16,879 nucleotides of DNA from an uncultured Pseudomonadota bacterium. Lineage in GTDB: Bacteria; SAR324; NAC60-12. The stretch is taken from NCBI GenBank assembly GCA_913020725.1, contig CAJWCD010000083.1, forward strand, positions 1-16,879, in the 5' to 3' direction. The position numbers and the translations under genes were made by a program. The notes beneath the pieces are model-generated. The model ran no database searches, had not been told where the DNA came from, and saw only the letters and a program-made list of their open reading frames with translations. This document shows positions 7,672-15,879 of the stretch, one piece after another (the stretch's first letter is position 1; each line of letters opens with the position of its first letter).

Positions 7672-9279
7672 TCAGCCCATCCACCAACGCTCGGTGTTCT
7701 TGTGACCGTCGAACTCCCAGTTGGAAGCAACATCGGCGGGACGCTTGACGTTGCTGGTGCTGGCGTGTCCGTAAGCGGAGAAGATCGGAATGATCACGCT
7801 GCAATTGTCATGGACGATGCGCTGCATTTCCACATACATTTCGCGGCGTTTGGCATCATCCAACTCCGCCCGTGCTTGCACCAAGAGTTCTTCAAACTTT
7901 GGATGGACGAAGTTGGTTTCCGACCAGCCTGTGGCGATGGCTTTTTCGGAATAGACCTGGCTGAACATCCAGTCCTCTGTGGGACGTCCCCCCCAGTAGG
8001 AGGCCACCCAAGAATCCTTGAGCCAAGTGTTCGACCAGTAGCCATCATTGGGCTTGCGCACGACCTCGATATTGATGCCCGCCCCACGTGCGGTTTCCGC
8101 GAAGAGCACTCCGGCGTCATCCGAATCCTGAAATGCAGTGTCTGCGACCGAGAGCTTCAGATTGATCGAGGGCAGCCCCGCTTTCTTCATGTAATACTTG
8201 GCCATGTCGAGGTCATACTCGCGCTGCGGAATTTCGGAGTCCGAGGCGCGGTAGCGGTTGGCTGGGCCGATCGGGATGTCGTTGCCCAATGCCGCGTGTC
8301 CAAACCAAATCTTGTCCAGCCACTCCTGGCGATTGATAGCACTTTTGAGCGCCATCACCAAGTTGTTGTCGCCAAACGGATCGCGGTCGCTGAGCATCGG
8401 CAGGGTGCAGTGCTGGTTGCCGTTGGTGAAGAAGACCTCGATTCCCGGCTTGCTGCCCAAGCGCCCGGCGGTGCTCAGATTCGGAGCCGTGATCACATCG
8501 AGTTCCCCGGTGACAAGCCCGTTCTCCCGTGCAGTGACGTCGGCAATAAAGAGCGTCTCCACCGAATCGAAATGTGCCCGTCCGGACTTCCAGTAATTGG
8601 CATTGCGCGAAGTCAGGGTGCGCACCCCCGGATCGTAGTTCTCCAGCTTGTAACCCCCGGTGCCAATACCGGACTCCCAGTCAATCGAACCGTCTGCGTT
8701 GGCGGGACAAATGCCAAGGTGGTAATCCGTGAGCAGAAAGGGAAAGTCGGCGTTGGGACCTTCAAGTTTCATGACCACCTTGCTCTTACCGTCGGCTTTG
8801 ATCTCCTTGATTTGCGCGACAATGCCCTTGGCGCCGGACTTGGTTTTCTCGCCCAGATGGTGCTGAATGGACGCGACCACGTCGTTGGCTACCAACGAGC
8901 GGCCATTGTGGAATTCAACGCCCTTGCGCAGATTGAAGACCCAATTCTGACCGTCGGAGGTGTCCCATGACTCGGCGAGTTCCGGAATCAGTTGGTTGTT
9001 CTCGTCAAGCTCGGTGAGGTTGTTGCGCAACTGCCCCATGCCCACATTGATCATGTAAGAATCAAGGAACGTCGCGGGGTCGAGCCGGTCGCTTGTGGAT
9101 CCCCCGGTGAGTGCTTGGCGCAGCGTTCCGCCTCGTTGCGGAGAAGCCGCCAGCACGGAGTCTGACAGAGTTAGCGCCGTTGGCAGGGCAACGCCGACCG
9201 CCAAGGCGGAGCGCACAAAGTCTCTGCGCGAGAGACGGCCTTGGGCCAGTTTTGTTTTCAGAGCGTTGATTTCGTTCAT
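7672..9279 (-). CDS. ABC transporter substrate-binding protein, family 5 (DppA/OppA/NikA-like), Tat-exported
   Basis: Twin-arginine signal LSRRDFV plus hydrophobic stretch, then GGTLR, LDPA, PELAESW, LRKGVEFHNG and GTGGY family-5 motifs. Start at ATG 9279 (or 9288); the extension to 9435 is AT-rich intergenic sequence. Confidence 0.92.
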   Translation of the reverse strand: MNEINALKTKLAQGRLSRRDFVRSALAVGVALPTALTLSDSVLAASPQRGGTLRQALTGGSTSDRLDPATFLDSYMINVGMGQLRNNLTELDENNQLIPELAESWDTSDGQNWVFNLRKGVEFHNGRSLVANDVVASIQHHLGEKTKSGAKGIVAQIKEIKADGKSKVVMKLEGPNADFPFLLTDYHLGICPANADGSIDWESGIGTGGYKLENYDPGVRTLTSRNANYWKSGRAHFDSVETLFIADVTARENGLVTGELDVITAPNLSTAGRLGSKPGIEVFFTNGNQHCTLPMLSDRDPFGDNNLVMALKSAINRQEWLDKIWFGHAALGNDIPIGPANRYRASDSEIPQREYDLDMAKYYMKKAGLPSINLKLSVADTAFQDSDDAGVLFAETARGAGINIEVVRKPNDGYWSNTWLKDSWVASYWGGRPTEDWMFSQVYSEKAIATGWSETNFVHPKFEELLVQARAELDDAKRREMYVEMQRIVHDNCSVIIPIFSAYGHASTSNVKRPADVASNWEFDGHKNTERWWMG

Positions 9280-9364
9280 GGTATCCATTTCGTGGAAAGT
9301 TACAGAAGCATTCTCAAAGGAACACCCTTTTAGACCAAAATCCCAACCAAGAAGCAACCAAAAA

Positions 9365-9392
9365 ATTTTACGAATTCTGGAACAGACTGCAA
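9365..9392 (-). promoter_or_regulatory. Possible sigma70 promoter for the SBP unit
   Basis: Minus strand TTGCAG-N16-TAAAAT in the AT-rich divergent intergenic region. Confidence 0.3.
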
Positions 9393-9477
9393 ATACCTTG
9401 AGAAATAACCATTGGAATGTAAGAACACAAGGCAAGCTCCGACATTGAGGTAAAATCCCTCATTTCGGAAAGTTGAC

Positions 9478-10059
9478 ATGAACTCACAAACCTTTGTGCC
9501 CAAATTCCTGCAACGCCCGTGGCTGGTGTACTTGCTGCTGCTCTTGCCGCAAGTGGCAATCACCCACTCCGGATTGCAATCCGCCGATCCCATTGCTGCC
9601 TTGCTTGACAGCACAGGTTTTTCCGCGTTTCTGCTGATGGCGCTGAGCCTCAGCCTTGCACCGATCCGACACACCCTGCGCCTCAACACGAACTGGCTTC
9701 AGCGGCCCGTTGGGCTGGCACTTTTCAGCTACGGAATGCTGCACGGATGCTGGTACGTTCTCCCCAACGGACTGGAGGACATCGACAAACCCTTCATCTA
9801 CCTCGGTCTCTCCGCGCTCGGACTCTGGAGCTTGTTGGCGCTGACCTCCAACCGTCGTTCGCAGAAAATCCTCAAGCGCAACTGGAAGCGTGTGCATCGC
9901 CTCACTTACCTTGCTACCGTGCTGGTGCTGGTGCATGTTGCGATGAACAACAAAGCAGATCACTACCTCTACATTGCGGGGTTCGCCTTTTGGTTATTCT
10001 GGCAAGTCGCGGGACGAGTGCGGGCCTCTCGAAAAACCCCTGTGCAAGTAGCCGCCTGA
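9478..10059 (+). CDS. MsrQ/YedZ-like heme-binding ferric-reductase-like membrane protein
   Basis: Several TM segments and the motifs QRPVGL..F.Y..LH, LALTSN and WKRVHRLTY......VH, with the conserved heme-ligand histidines. Confidence 0.85.
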   Translation: MNSQTFVPKFLQRPWLVYLLLLLPQVAITHSGLQSADPIAALLDSTGFSAFLLMALSLSLAPIRHTLRLNTNWLQRPVGLALFSYGMLHGCWYVLPNGLEDIDKPFIYLGLSALGLWSLLALTSNRRSQKILKRNWKRVHRLTYLATVLVLVHVAMNNKADHYLYIAGFAFWLFWQVAGRVRASRKTPVQVAA

Positions 10060-10149
10060 ACCCTTTGCTCAACGGGGCTTCTCTTTCTGCAACGCAGTGC
10101 TAGGATTTTCAGGGCAGGGCTCACCTAAATCTTATCTCACAGAGACCCT

Positions 10150-11316
10150 ATGTACTTCAGCTTGCAAGAATATGAAACCCGCCTCGCCAAAACCCGGCAG
10201 GCAATGGACGCGCAGGGCGTTGAGTTGCTGTTCATCACCGATCCCTCGAACATGTCATGGCTGACTGGCTACGATGGTTGGTCTTTTTATGTCCATCAGG
10301 GGGTGCTGGTGCTTCCGGACGAACCTCCGATTTGGTGGGGTCGGGAAATGGACGTGAACGGGGGCAAGCGCACAGCCTACCTCGACCATGCACGACTGAT
10401 CGGCTATCCGGATCACTACGTCATGTCCACGGAGCGGCACCCGATGGACCACCTCAGCGCCCTCATGCAGGAACGCGGCTGGGGAAATCGTCGCATCGGG
10501 GTGGAAATGGACAACTACTACTTTGCGGCAAAGTGCCTGGAGTCGTTCCGGACGAACCTGCCGGAGGCGGAGTTTCTGGACGCGACAGGACTGGCCAACT
10601 GGCAGCGGGCGGTGAAATCGGCGCAGGAATTGGAGTACATGCGCATCGCCGGGCGCATCGTCACGCGCATGCACGAACGCATCCGGGAGTTCGCCGAGCC
10701 AGGCTTGCGGAAAAACGAGTTGGTGGCGGAAATCTACCGCACCGGAATACAAGGGGTGGACGGCTTCGGGGGTGATTATCCTGCGATTGTTCCGATGCTG
10801 CCTACCGGAGCCGATGCCTCAGCTCCACACCTGACGTGGGACGAGCAGCCGTTGAAATCCGGGGAGGGCACCTTTTTCGAGATTGCGGGCTGCTATCGGC
10901 GTTACCAATGCCCACTCAGCCGAACCCTGTTTTTCGGAACTCCAAACCAAGCGTGGCGGGATGCCGAAAGGGCGTTGCAGGAGAGCATCGAAGCCGGACT
11001 TGCACAAGCGCGTCCCGGTAACAAGTGCGAGGACATCGCCCGCGCCTTCAACGAAACGCTTGCCAAGCACGGACTCAAGAAAGACAGCCGCTGCGGCTAT
11101 CCCATCGGCATCAGCTACCCTCCGGATTGGGGAGAGCGCACCATGAGCCTGCGCTCCGGAGACACCACCGTGCTGGAACCGAACATGACCTTCCACTTCA
11201 TGCCCGGACTCTGGTTCGAGGATTGGGGGATTGAGATCACGGAAAGCATCGCCATCACCGAAGACGAGCCGGAATGCCTCGCCTCGGTGCCGCGAGAGTT
11301 GTTCGTGAAGGGGTAA
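10150..11316 (+). CDS. doeA: Ectoine hydrolase (M24 pita-bread fold)
   Basis: DPSNMSWLTGYDGWSFYVHQ, STERHPMD, GVEMDNYYF, NWQRAVKS, GGDYPAIVP, APHLTW, YPPDWGERTMSLR and FHFMPGLW are characteristic of DoeA/EutD. Confidence 0.92.
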   Translation: MYFSLQEYETRLAKTRQAMDAQGVELLFITDPSNMSWLTGYDGWSFYVHQGVLVLPDEPPIWWGREMDVNGGKRTAYLDHARLIGYPDHYVMSTERHPMDHLSALMQERGWGNRRIGVEMDNYYFAAKCLESFRTNLPEAEFLDATGLANWQRAVKSAQELEYMRIAGRIVTRMHERIREFAEPGLRKNELVAEIYRTGIQGVDGFGGDYPAIVPMLPTGADASAPHLTWDEQPLKSGEGTFFEIAGCYRRYQCPLSRTLFFGTPNQAWRDAERALQESIEAGLAQARPGNKCEDIARAFNETLAKHGLKKDSRCGYPIGISYPPDWGERTMSLRSGDTTVLEPNMTFHFMPGLWFEDWGIEITESIAITEDEPECLASVPRELFVKG

Positions 11317-11325
11317 TCGAAACTG

Positions 11326-12438
11326 TCAGCGGTGTGCCTGCATGACGATTTCTGCAAAACCGTCAAAAGCGTCGCGCTCTAACCAGCGCACCACTACCAC
11401 AAGGTTGCACTCCGTATCGACCCAGATGAGGTTGCGTCCCACGCCCAAGGCAAAATAGCTGGACCGTGGCGCAGTTGCGCAATGCACCCCATCCCCGTTG
11501 AGCCACCAGAGGAAACCGTAGCTGGGATTGAGGTCGCACGGAGTGAGGCATTGCCGAATCCAGTCTGCGGACAACAGTTGTTGATTGCTCCAGCGTCCAC
11601 CATCTTGCATGAGCAATCCGATCCGGGCATGATCGCGGGTAGGGATGAACAATCCACCGCCCCAGTGTGCCCCTCCGGAAACGGACTGCATTCGTGTCCC
11701 GTCAAGCTCCACATACGAATTGCGGTAGCCGTGCCACTGCCAGTCGTTTGACGCGCCAATTGGTTCCATAATTCGTACTCGCAGCACCTCCGGCAGCGGT
11801 TTCCGGAAAACGTGCAACAACGCAAAACTGAGGGCATTGACGCGGATGTCGTTGTATTCCCAGAACTGTCCAGGGGGCTGCAAGTTACGATGCGTGCCTT
11901 TCAGCGAAGGCGTGTTTGGTGGCACGTCCAGCCGACGGTTCCGGTCAATGCGGTCGGCCTTGCTCCACAGTTCTCCTTCCCACTCGCTGGTCTGTTGGAG
12001 CAGATGCTTCCAAGTGATGTCCCGGTTCTGCTCGCTGTCAAAATACCCATTTTGCACAAGGTTCCGCACCGGGTCGTCCACGCTGGGAATCAGTCCGTCA
12101 TCCACCGCGATTCCCGCGCAGATCGCCAAGTAGCTCTTTGTCACGGAAAAGGTCATGTCCGGAAGATGCGTCGGCCCCCATTCGGCAACGATGCGACCGC
12201 CCTTGAGGATCATTCCGGAAGGCTCACCGCGAGGTTGCGTGGGACCCAAGACCTCGCCATCCGGCAGCGGTTCCGAAAAATGTCCGGACTCCAGTGCCCG
12301 ACCGATGTCCCGATCCATCTGTGATTCGTTCTGGAGCGCGAACTCAACGGCGGCTTGCACTCCGTCGGGATCCAGTCCGACTTCTGCGGCTGACACGGTT
12401 TTCCAGGGTTTCCCGGATTGGGGGCAGTACGCAGTCAT
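11326..12438 (-). CDS. Serine hydrolase, beta-lactamase-related (NylB/class C-like amidase fold)
   Basis: FSVTKS (SxxK), WKHLLQQTS, PG..WEYND and YGFLWW motifs. The start codon abuts the upstream stop (TAA-ATG). Confidence 0.87.
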   Translation of the reverse strand: MTAYCPQSGKPWKTVSAAEVGLDPDGVQAAVEFALQNESQMDRDIGRALESGHFSEPLPDGEVLGPTQPRGEPSGMILKGGRIVAEWGPTHLPDMTFSVTKSYLAICAGIAVDDGLIPSVDDPVRNLVQNGYFDSEQNRDITWKHLLQQTSEWEGELWSKADRIDRNRRLDVPPNTPSLKGTHRNLQPPGQFWEYNDIRVNALSFALLHVFRKPLPEVLRVRIMEPIGASNDWQWHGYRNSYVELDGTRMQSVSGGAHWGGGLFIPTRDHARIGLLMQDGGRWSNQQLLSADWIRQCLTPCDLNPSYGFLWWLNGDGVHCATAPRSSYFALGVGRNLIWVDTECNLVVVVRWLERDAFDGFAEIVMQAHR

Positions 12439-12999
12439 TTACAGCACCGGCTCCTCGTCATCCCAGAACGGCTCCAACTCGACCCCCAGCCCATCGGCGA
12501 GGCGGTTGACGTAGGCGTAGTAGCCTACCACCTGCACGATGTCGAGGATGCCGACATCACTGAATCCAGCAACGCGCAATGCCTCCACATCCGCTGCTTC
12601 CATGTTCCATGGCTCTCGCGTGAGTTTGGCCGCATAGTCCAGCATCACCAAGTCCTGCTTGGAGAGGTCGGCGGTTTTGTAATCTTTGATGAACCGCTTG
12701 ACCCATTCGCCATCGCGAGTGATTTGACGGAGTCCCGCTCCGTGGTGGATGATTCAGTAATGACACTGGTTGACGATGGACACCACCACCGCGATCATCT
12801 CACGTTGTTTGCGCAAGAGGTCTTTGGTGCCCTTCATGGCGGAGTGATAAAGCGCCACATGCCCCTCAAGTGTGGGCAGGTTGATGCTGTGGACGCGCAG
12901 GATGTCGTCCACCCCGCCCCACGGATCCCGCAGTTTGTCGTACCACTCCTTGAGTTCCCCTTTTGCTTCGTCTTCGGGGATCATTGGAACCCAAGCCAT
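12439..12999 (-). CDS. AhpD/CMD-like peroxidase-related protein; probable selenoprotein (Cys79-His-Tyr-Sec82), 186 aa
   Basis: AAAGGAG RBS and ATG at 12999. Track ORFs 12754-13074 and 12439-12651 are in the same frame, separated only by TGA at 12756-12754: ...REMIAVVVSIVNQCHY-U-IIHHGAGLR...YAAKLT...GFSD..ILDI..VVGYYAYVNRLADGLG. TGA occupies the second Cys position of the AhpD CxxC..H motif. Confidence 0.9.
12727..12743 (-). promoter_or_regulatory. Candidate bacterial SECIS element
   Basis: Minus strand ACGGAG-CGGGA-CTCCGT: a perfect 6-bp stem starting 10 nt after the UGA, with the loop beginning 16 nt after it and G at loop position 2. Confidence 0.75.
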
Positions 13000-13045
13000 C
13001 GTTTCTCCTTTGTTTGAGTTTTGAAAAATCTCGTCAGGCCAGCAA

Positions 13046-13711
13046 TCAGGCCATGCGCCAGACGAACACGGCACCCAAGTCTTGCTTATGATCGGCAGCG
13101 TTGGGCATGGGCACGGACCAAGGGGTTTGGTCGAGTCGCTGCCAACGTCCGGAGGCTTCCCAAGCTTCGGCCTGCGCCTGAAAACCCAACCGCTCCCACG
13201 AATCTACCATCAGCGGAACCACCACCGCCGCACCGGATTGGGCGACACGTAGCACCTCCTCCAAGCCTTCGACTGACACATGCCCCTGCGTGAAGACTCC
13301 CACGGCGATCACGGCCTCAAAAGCATCGTCCGGAAAGGGCAGACGTTTGAGCAAATCACCAACCTTGGCTTGCGCATACACTCCACGGGTCTGCGCTTCC
13401 TTCAGCATTTCCGGGGAAAAATCGGTGGCTGTCAGATTCGTGTACCCCAAATCGTGCAGCCAACTGCCGACCAGTCCCGTGCCTGCACCGACATCAAGAA
13501 TTGCGGCATCCCGTTTGGTCAGATGACGAGCCAACATTGCCGCCGCCAAAGCCGGAAAGCGATAGCCCATGCTGGCAACATCCGCGTCGTAATCCTGTGC
13601 CCATCCAGCATAGGCCGAGGATAGGTCGTTGGTGGTTGCTGCCCCGTACACCCGCTCCAAGTGCTCGTCAATAGGTTTTTTGGAATGGAGTGTCGTCATT
13701 GCCTCAATCAT
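13046..13711 (-). CDS. Class I SAM-dependent methyltransferase (METTL27/WBSCR27-like)
   Basis: Y..WAQDYD, motif I ILDVGAGTGLVG, motif II TDFSPEML, and AVIAVGVFT.GH. AGGAG lies 5 nt upstream of ATG 13711. Confidence 0.88.
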   Translation of the reverse strand: MIEAMTTLHSKKPIDEHLERVYGAATTNDLSSAYAGWAQDYDADVASMGYRFPALAAAMLARHLTKRDAAILDVGAGTGLVGSWLHDLGYTNLTATDFSPEMLKEAQTRGVYAQAKVGDLLKRLPFPDDAFEAVIAVGVFTQGHVSVEGLEEVLRVAQSGAAVVVPLMVDSWERLGFQAQAEAWEASGRWQRLDQTPWSVPMPNAADHKQDLGAVFVWRMA

Positions 13712-13809
13712 CAGATCTCCTGAACCTGCTTGATTTGGTTTCTGATTTCCCGACTGTAGCACCTTCCAGAACCGGGGGCAACCCTGAAATTTTGCTCCCG
13801 CTCATTGCG

Positions 13810-14733
13810 TCAGTTCTCTGGTTTCAGAGAAGATTTTGTTTCGCTGAAAATGATCACGCCCGTGCTTGAGATGATGATCGCCGCCCCCATCCACGTCCAG
13901 ATTTCCGGAATTTCTCCAAATAAGAGAAATCCAAACAGACTCACCCAAATCAGACGAGTGAAGTCCATCGGCAACACCGCCGTCGCATCGGAGAGCTTAA
14001 ATCCAGAAACTGCTCCCAAGTGACCTAGAGAACCGAGTAGGCCCATAACCGTCAGCCAGAAGAGGTCATTCCAACTGGGCCAAGTCCAGTACCACAAGGC
14101 AAACGGAAAGGTCAGCACGGTGGTAGAAACCGTGAACCAGATGATGATGCCCACCGTGCTGTCAGTGCGGGTGAGCTGCTTCATAAGCACGATGCTGATG
14201 CCCCACATGACCGCAGAGAACAAAACCGCTATCGAACCGAGGTTGACCTCGATCACGCCCGGACGCAACACCACCAACACTCCGACAAATCCCAGCAGCA
14301 CCGCAACCCAACGGCGTGGGTGCATCTTTTCGCCAAGAAACAAAACCGCTGCGAGCGATCCGAAAATCGCATTGGTGAAACTGAGAGTCGTCGCCTTCGC
14401 CAACTCGATCACACTGATTCCATAAAAGTACCCCAGCATCGCACACACACTGGTGACCGCCCTCACCAGATTCAACCTCAACTGCCGCGTTTTCATAGTC
14501 GTAATTCCGTGCCGCATCAACAACGGCAACAGAAACAACAACCCAAACAGGCTCCGGAAGAAGGCAATCTGAAAAGGGTGCATCCCTGCACTCAAATAAC
14601 GGATGACCGTGTGCATCCCCGCCAGCACCCCCGTTGCCATCAGCATCAGAATTCCGCTACGCACCACGGTGGGTAACTGCAACCACCAGTTAGAAAGTAT
14701 TAATATATTTTTAGACAAACTCACAGATTTCAT
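13810..14733 (-). CDS. DMT superfamily EamA-type transporter
   Basis: About 10 hydrophobic segments in two EamA repeats; FFRS, LFLGEK...RW, GFVGVLVVLRPG and LLFGEIP motifs. Confidence 0.9.
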   Translation of the reverse strand: MKSVSLSKNILILSNWWLQLPTVVRSGILMLMATGVLAGMHTVIRYLSAGMHPFQIAFFRSLFGLLFLLPLLMRHGITTMKTRQLRLNLVRAVTSVCAMLGYFYGISVIELAKATTLSFTNAIFGSLAAVLFLGEKMHPRRWVAVLLGFVGVLVVLRPGVIEVNLGSIAVLFSAVMWGISIVLMKQLTRTDSTVGIIIWFTVSTTVLTFPFALWYWTWPSWNDLFWLTVMGLLGSLGHLGAVSGFKLSDATAVLPMDFTRLIWVSLFGFLLFGEIPEIWTWMGAAIIISSTGVIIFSETKSSLKPEN

Positions 14734-14801
14734 TGCGCACAGACGTATTACAGATGGGATTGTTACTAAGAAAACTTGGTTGCGGGGGCCGGAAGCTCAA
14801 A

Positions 14802-15299
14802 CTAGGGGAGGACCGCCATTTGTTGGCTGGTGGGCTGTTTGAGGAATTGTTCAAACTCAGCGTAGAACTCTTCCGGGGCCATTCCATAGGTCTTTACGAA
14901 GGCACCCTCCCACTCCAACTTCTCGAGATTCGGATAGAATGTCTCAAGCAACACCTCAGATCCGTGTTTGTGAACCAAGTAGGCATGTGCCCAGGTTCCT
15001 AAGTCATAGTGGGCACCATCGCATGGTTTCTGATACGTTAGATCCTGCATTTTCAATCCAGAACATTTACTACTGGCAAGTTTCCTCAACCCCTCCTTTA
15101 TTTTTCGCTCCATTTGTTTTCTAAAGACAAACGGCCACCGATTTTTCTCATGTATTTGAGTGAGCGAACCGTCCTGAAAGGATTTTCTTAAAGTGACCTG
15201 AGCCATGTACTCTGCCGCACCTTCATTAAACCAAACCGGGCCTAGAAGTTCCTTGCGCTTATTCCTGTTTTTCGTGTGGATATAAGCGTGTTGCACAGC
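14802..15299 (-). pseudogene. 5'-truncated gluzincin/metallopeptidase-like gene (C-terminal part only)
   Basis: Has the GPVWFNEGAAEYMA third-zinc-ligand-like motif. The expected HExxH just before 'AVQHAY' is absent, and the frame hits TGA 6 codons upstream of 15299. AT-richer than the core genes. Confidence 0.55.
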
Positions 15300-15469
15300 G
15301 CCCTTATGCTGTCTCGCTCACAGAACTTTAAAAGACTCTTGCTCATGTCCACTTGTCTATCAAGCCAAAACTATTGTCCTCACCCCTGCTAGAGAGCCGC
15401 GGAGACTTGAATTTCCAGTATGCGGAGGTCTGGATTCCAAATGGGGCAATCCTGACTCCGGAATGCTTC

Positions 15470-15870
15470 TCCTTCGTGATCCCCCCACGCCTCCCGACAA
15501 GCCAACTCAGGTCGCCACCGAGGCTTTGCTCACAGCATTCGGGCCTCATGCCGACCTTGTCCACACGCTCACCCATGACAACGGCAAGGAGTTCGCCCAT
15601 CATCAGACCGTCGCCGAGGGGCTAGACACCTAGGGCTGCCTTACCCAGCCCAGCCATTTCTAGGAGCGCGGACTCAACGAGAACACCCACCCGGACTTAT
15701 CCGGCAATACCTGCCCAAGGGCACCGATTCCCACCCCTTCACGACCGAACAGGTCCGCAGCAGCATGGGCAGGCTCAACAACCGGTCCCGGAAATGTCTT
15801 GGCTTCAAGACTCCGAATCAGCTATTCTCAGGAATCAATCCACCGGTTGCCCTTACAAGTTGAATCCGCC
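15470..15870 (+). mobile_element. IS30-family relic: decayed transposase C-terminus plus right end
   Basis: Reads HTLTHDNGKEFAHH...*...*ERGLNENT / frameshift near 15691 / GLIRQYLPKGTD...LNNRSRKCLGFKTP...VALTS*. TAG stops at 15631 and 15661. Ends GTTGCCCTTACAAGTTGAATCCGCC, like IS30 right ends. Left boundary approximate. Confidence 0.88.
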
Positions 15871-15879
15871 AGAGATCAA

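Noticed and set aside
7664..7682. GGGTGGG-ATCAG-CCCATCC hairpin as a second REP
   Set aside because: It lacks the GTAG tag, and one arm is the SBP's last codons and stop, so it may be coincidental.
7648..8970. 440-aa plus-strand ORF
   Set aside because: Antisense shadow of the SBP gene.
12754..12756. TGA as a pseudogenising nonsense mutation or genome-wide UGA reassignment
   Set aside because: It falls on the catalytic Cys position and has a SECIS-like hairpin. TGA is a normal stop for other genes (e.g. 5225-5227, 10057-10059) and Trp is encoded by TGG.
15631..15663. Two in-frame TAG codons as pyrrolysine or read-through
   Set aside because: They lie in an IS30 relic that also has a frameshift and degraded motifs, which indicates simple decay.
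15799..15879. N-terminal extension of the 221-aa ORF
   Set aside because: It is an alternative-frame reading of the IS30 transposase tail and right end.
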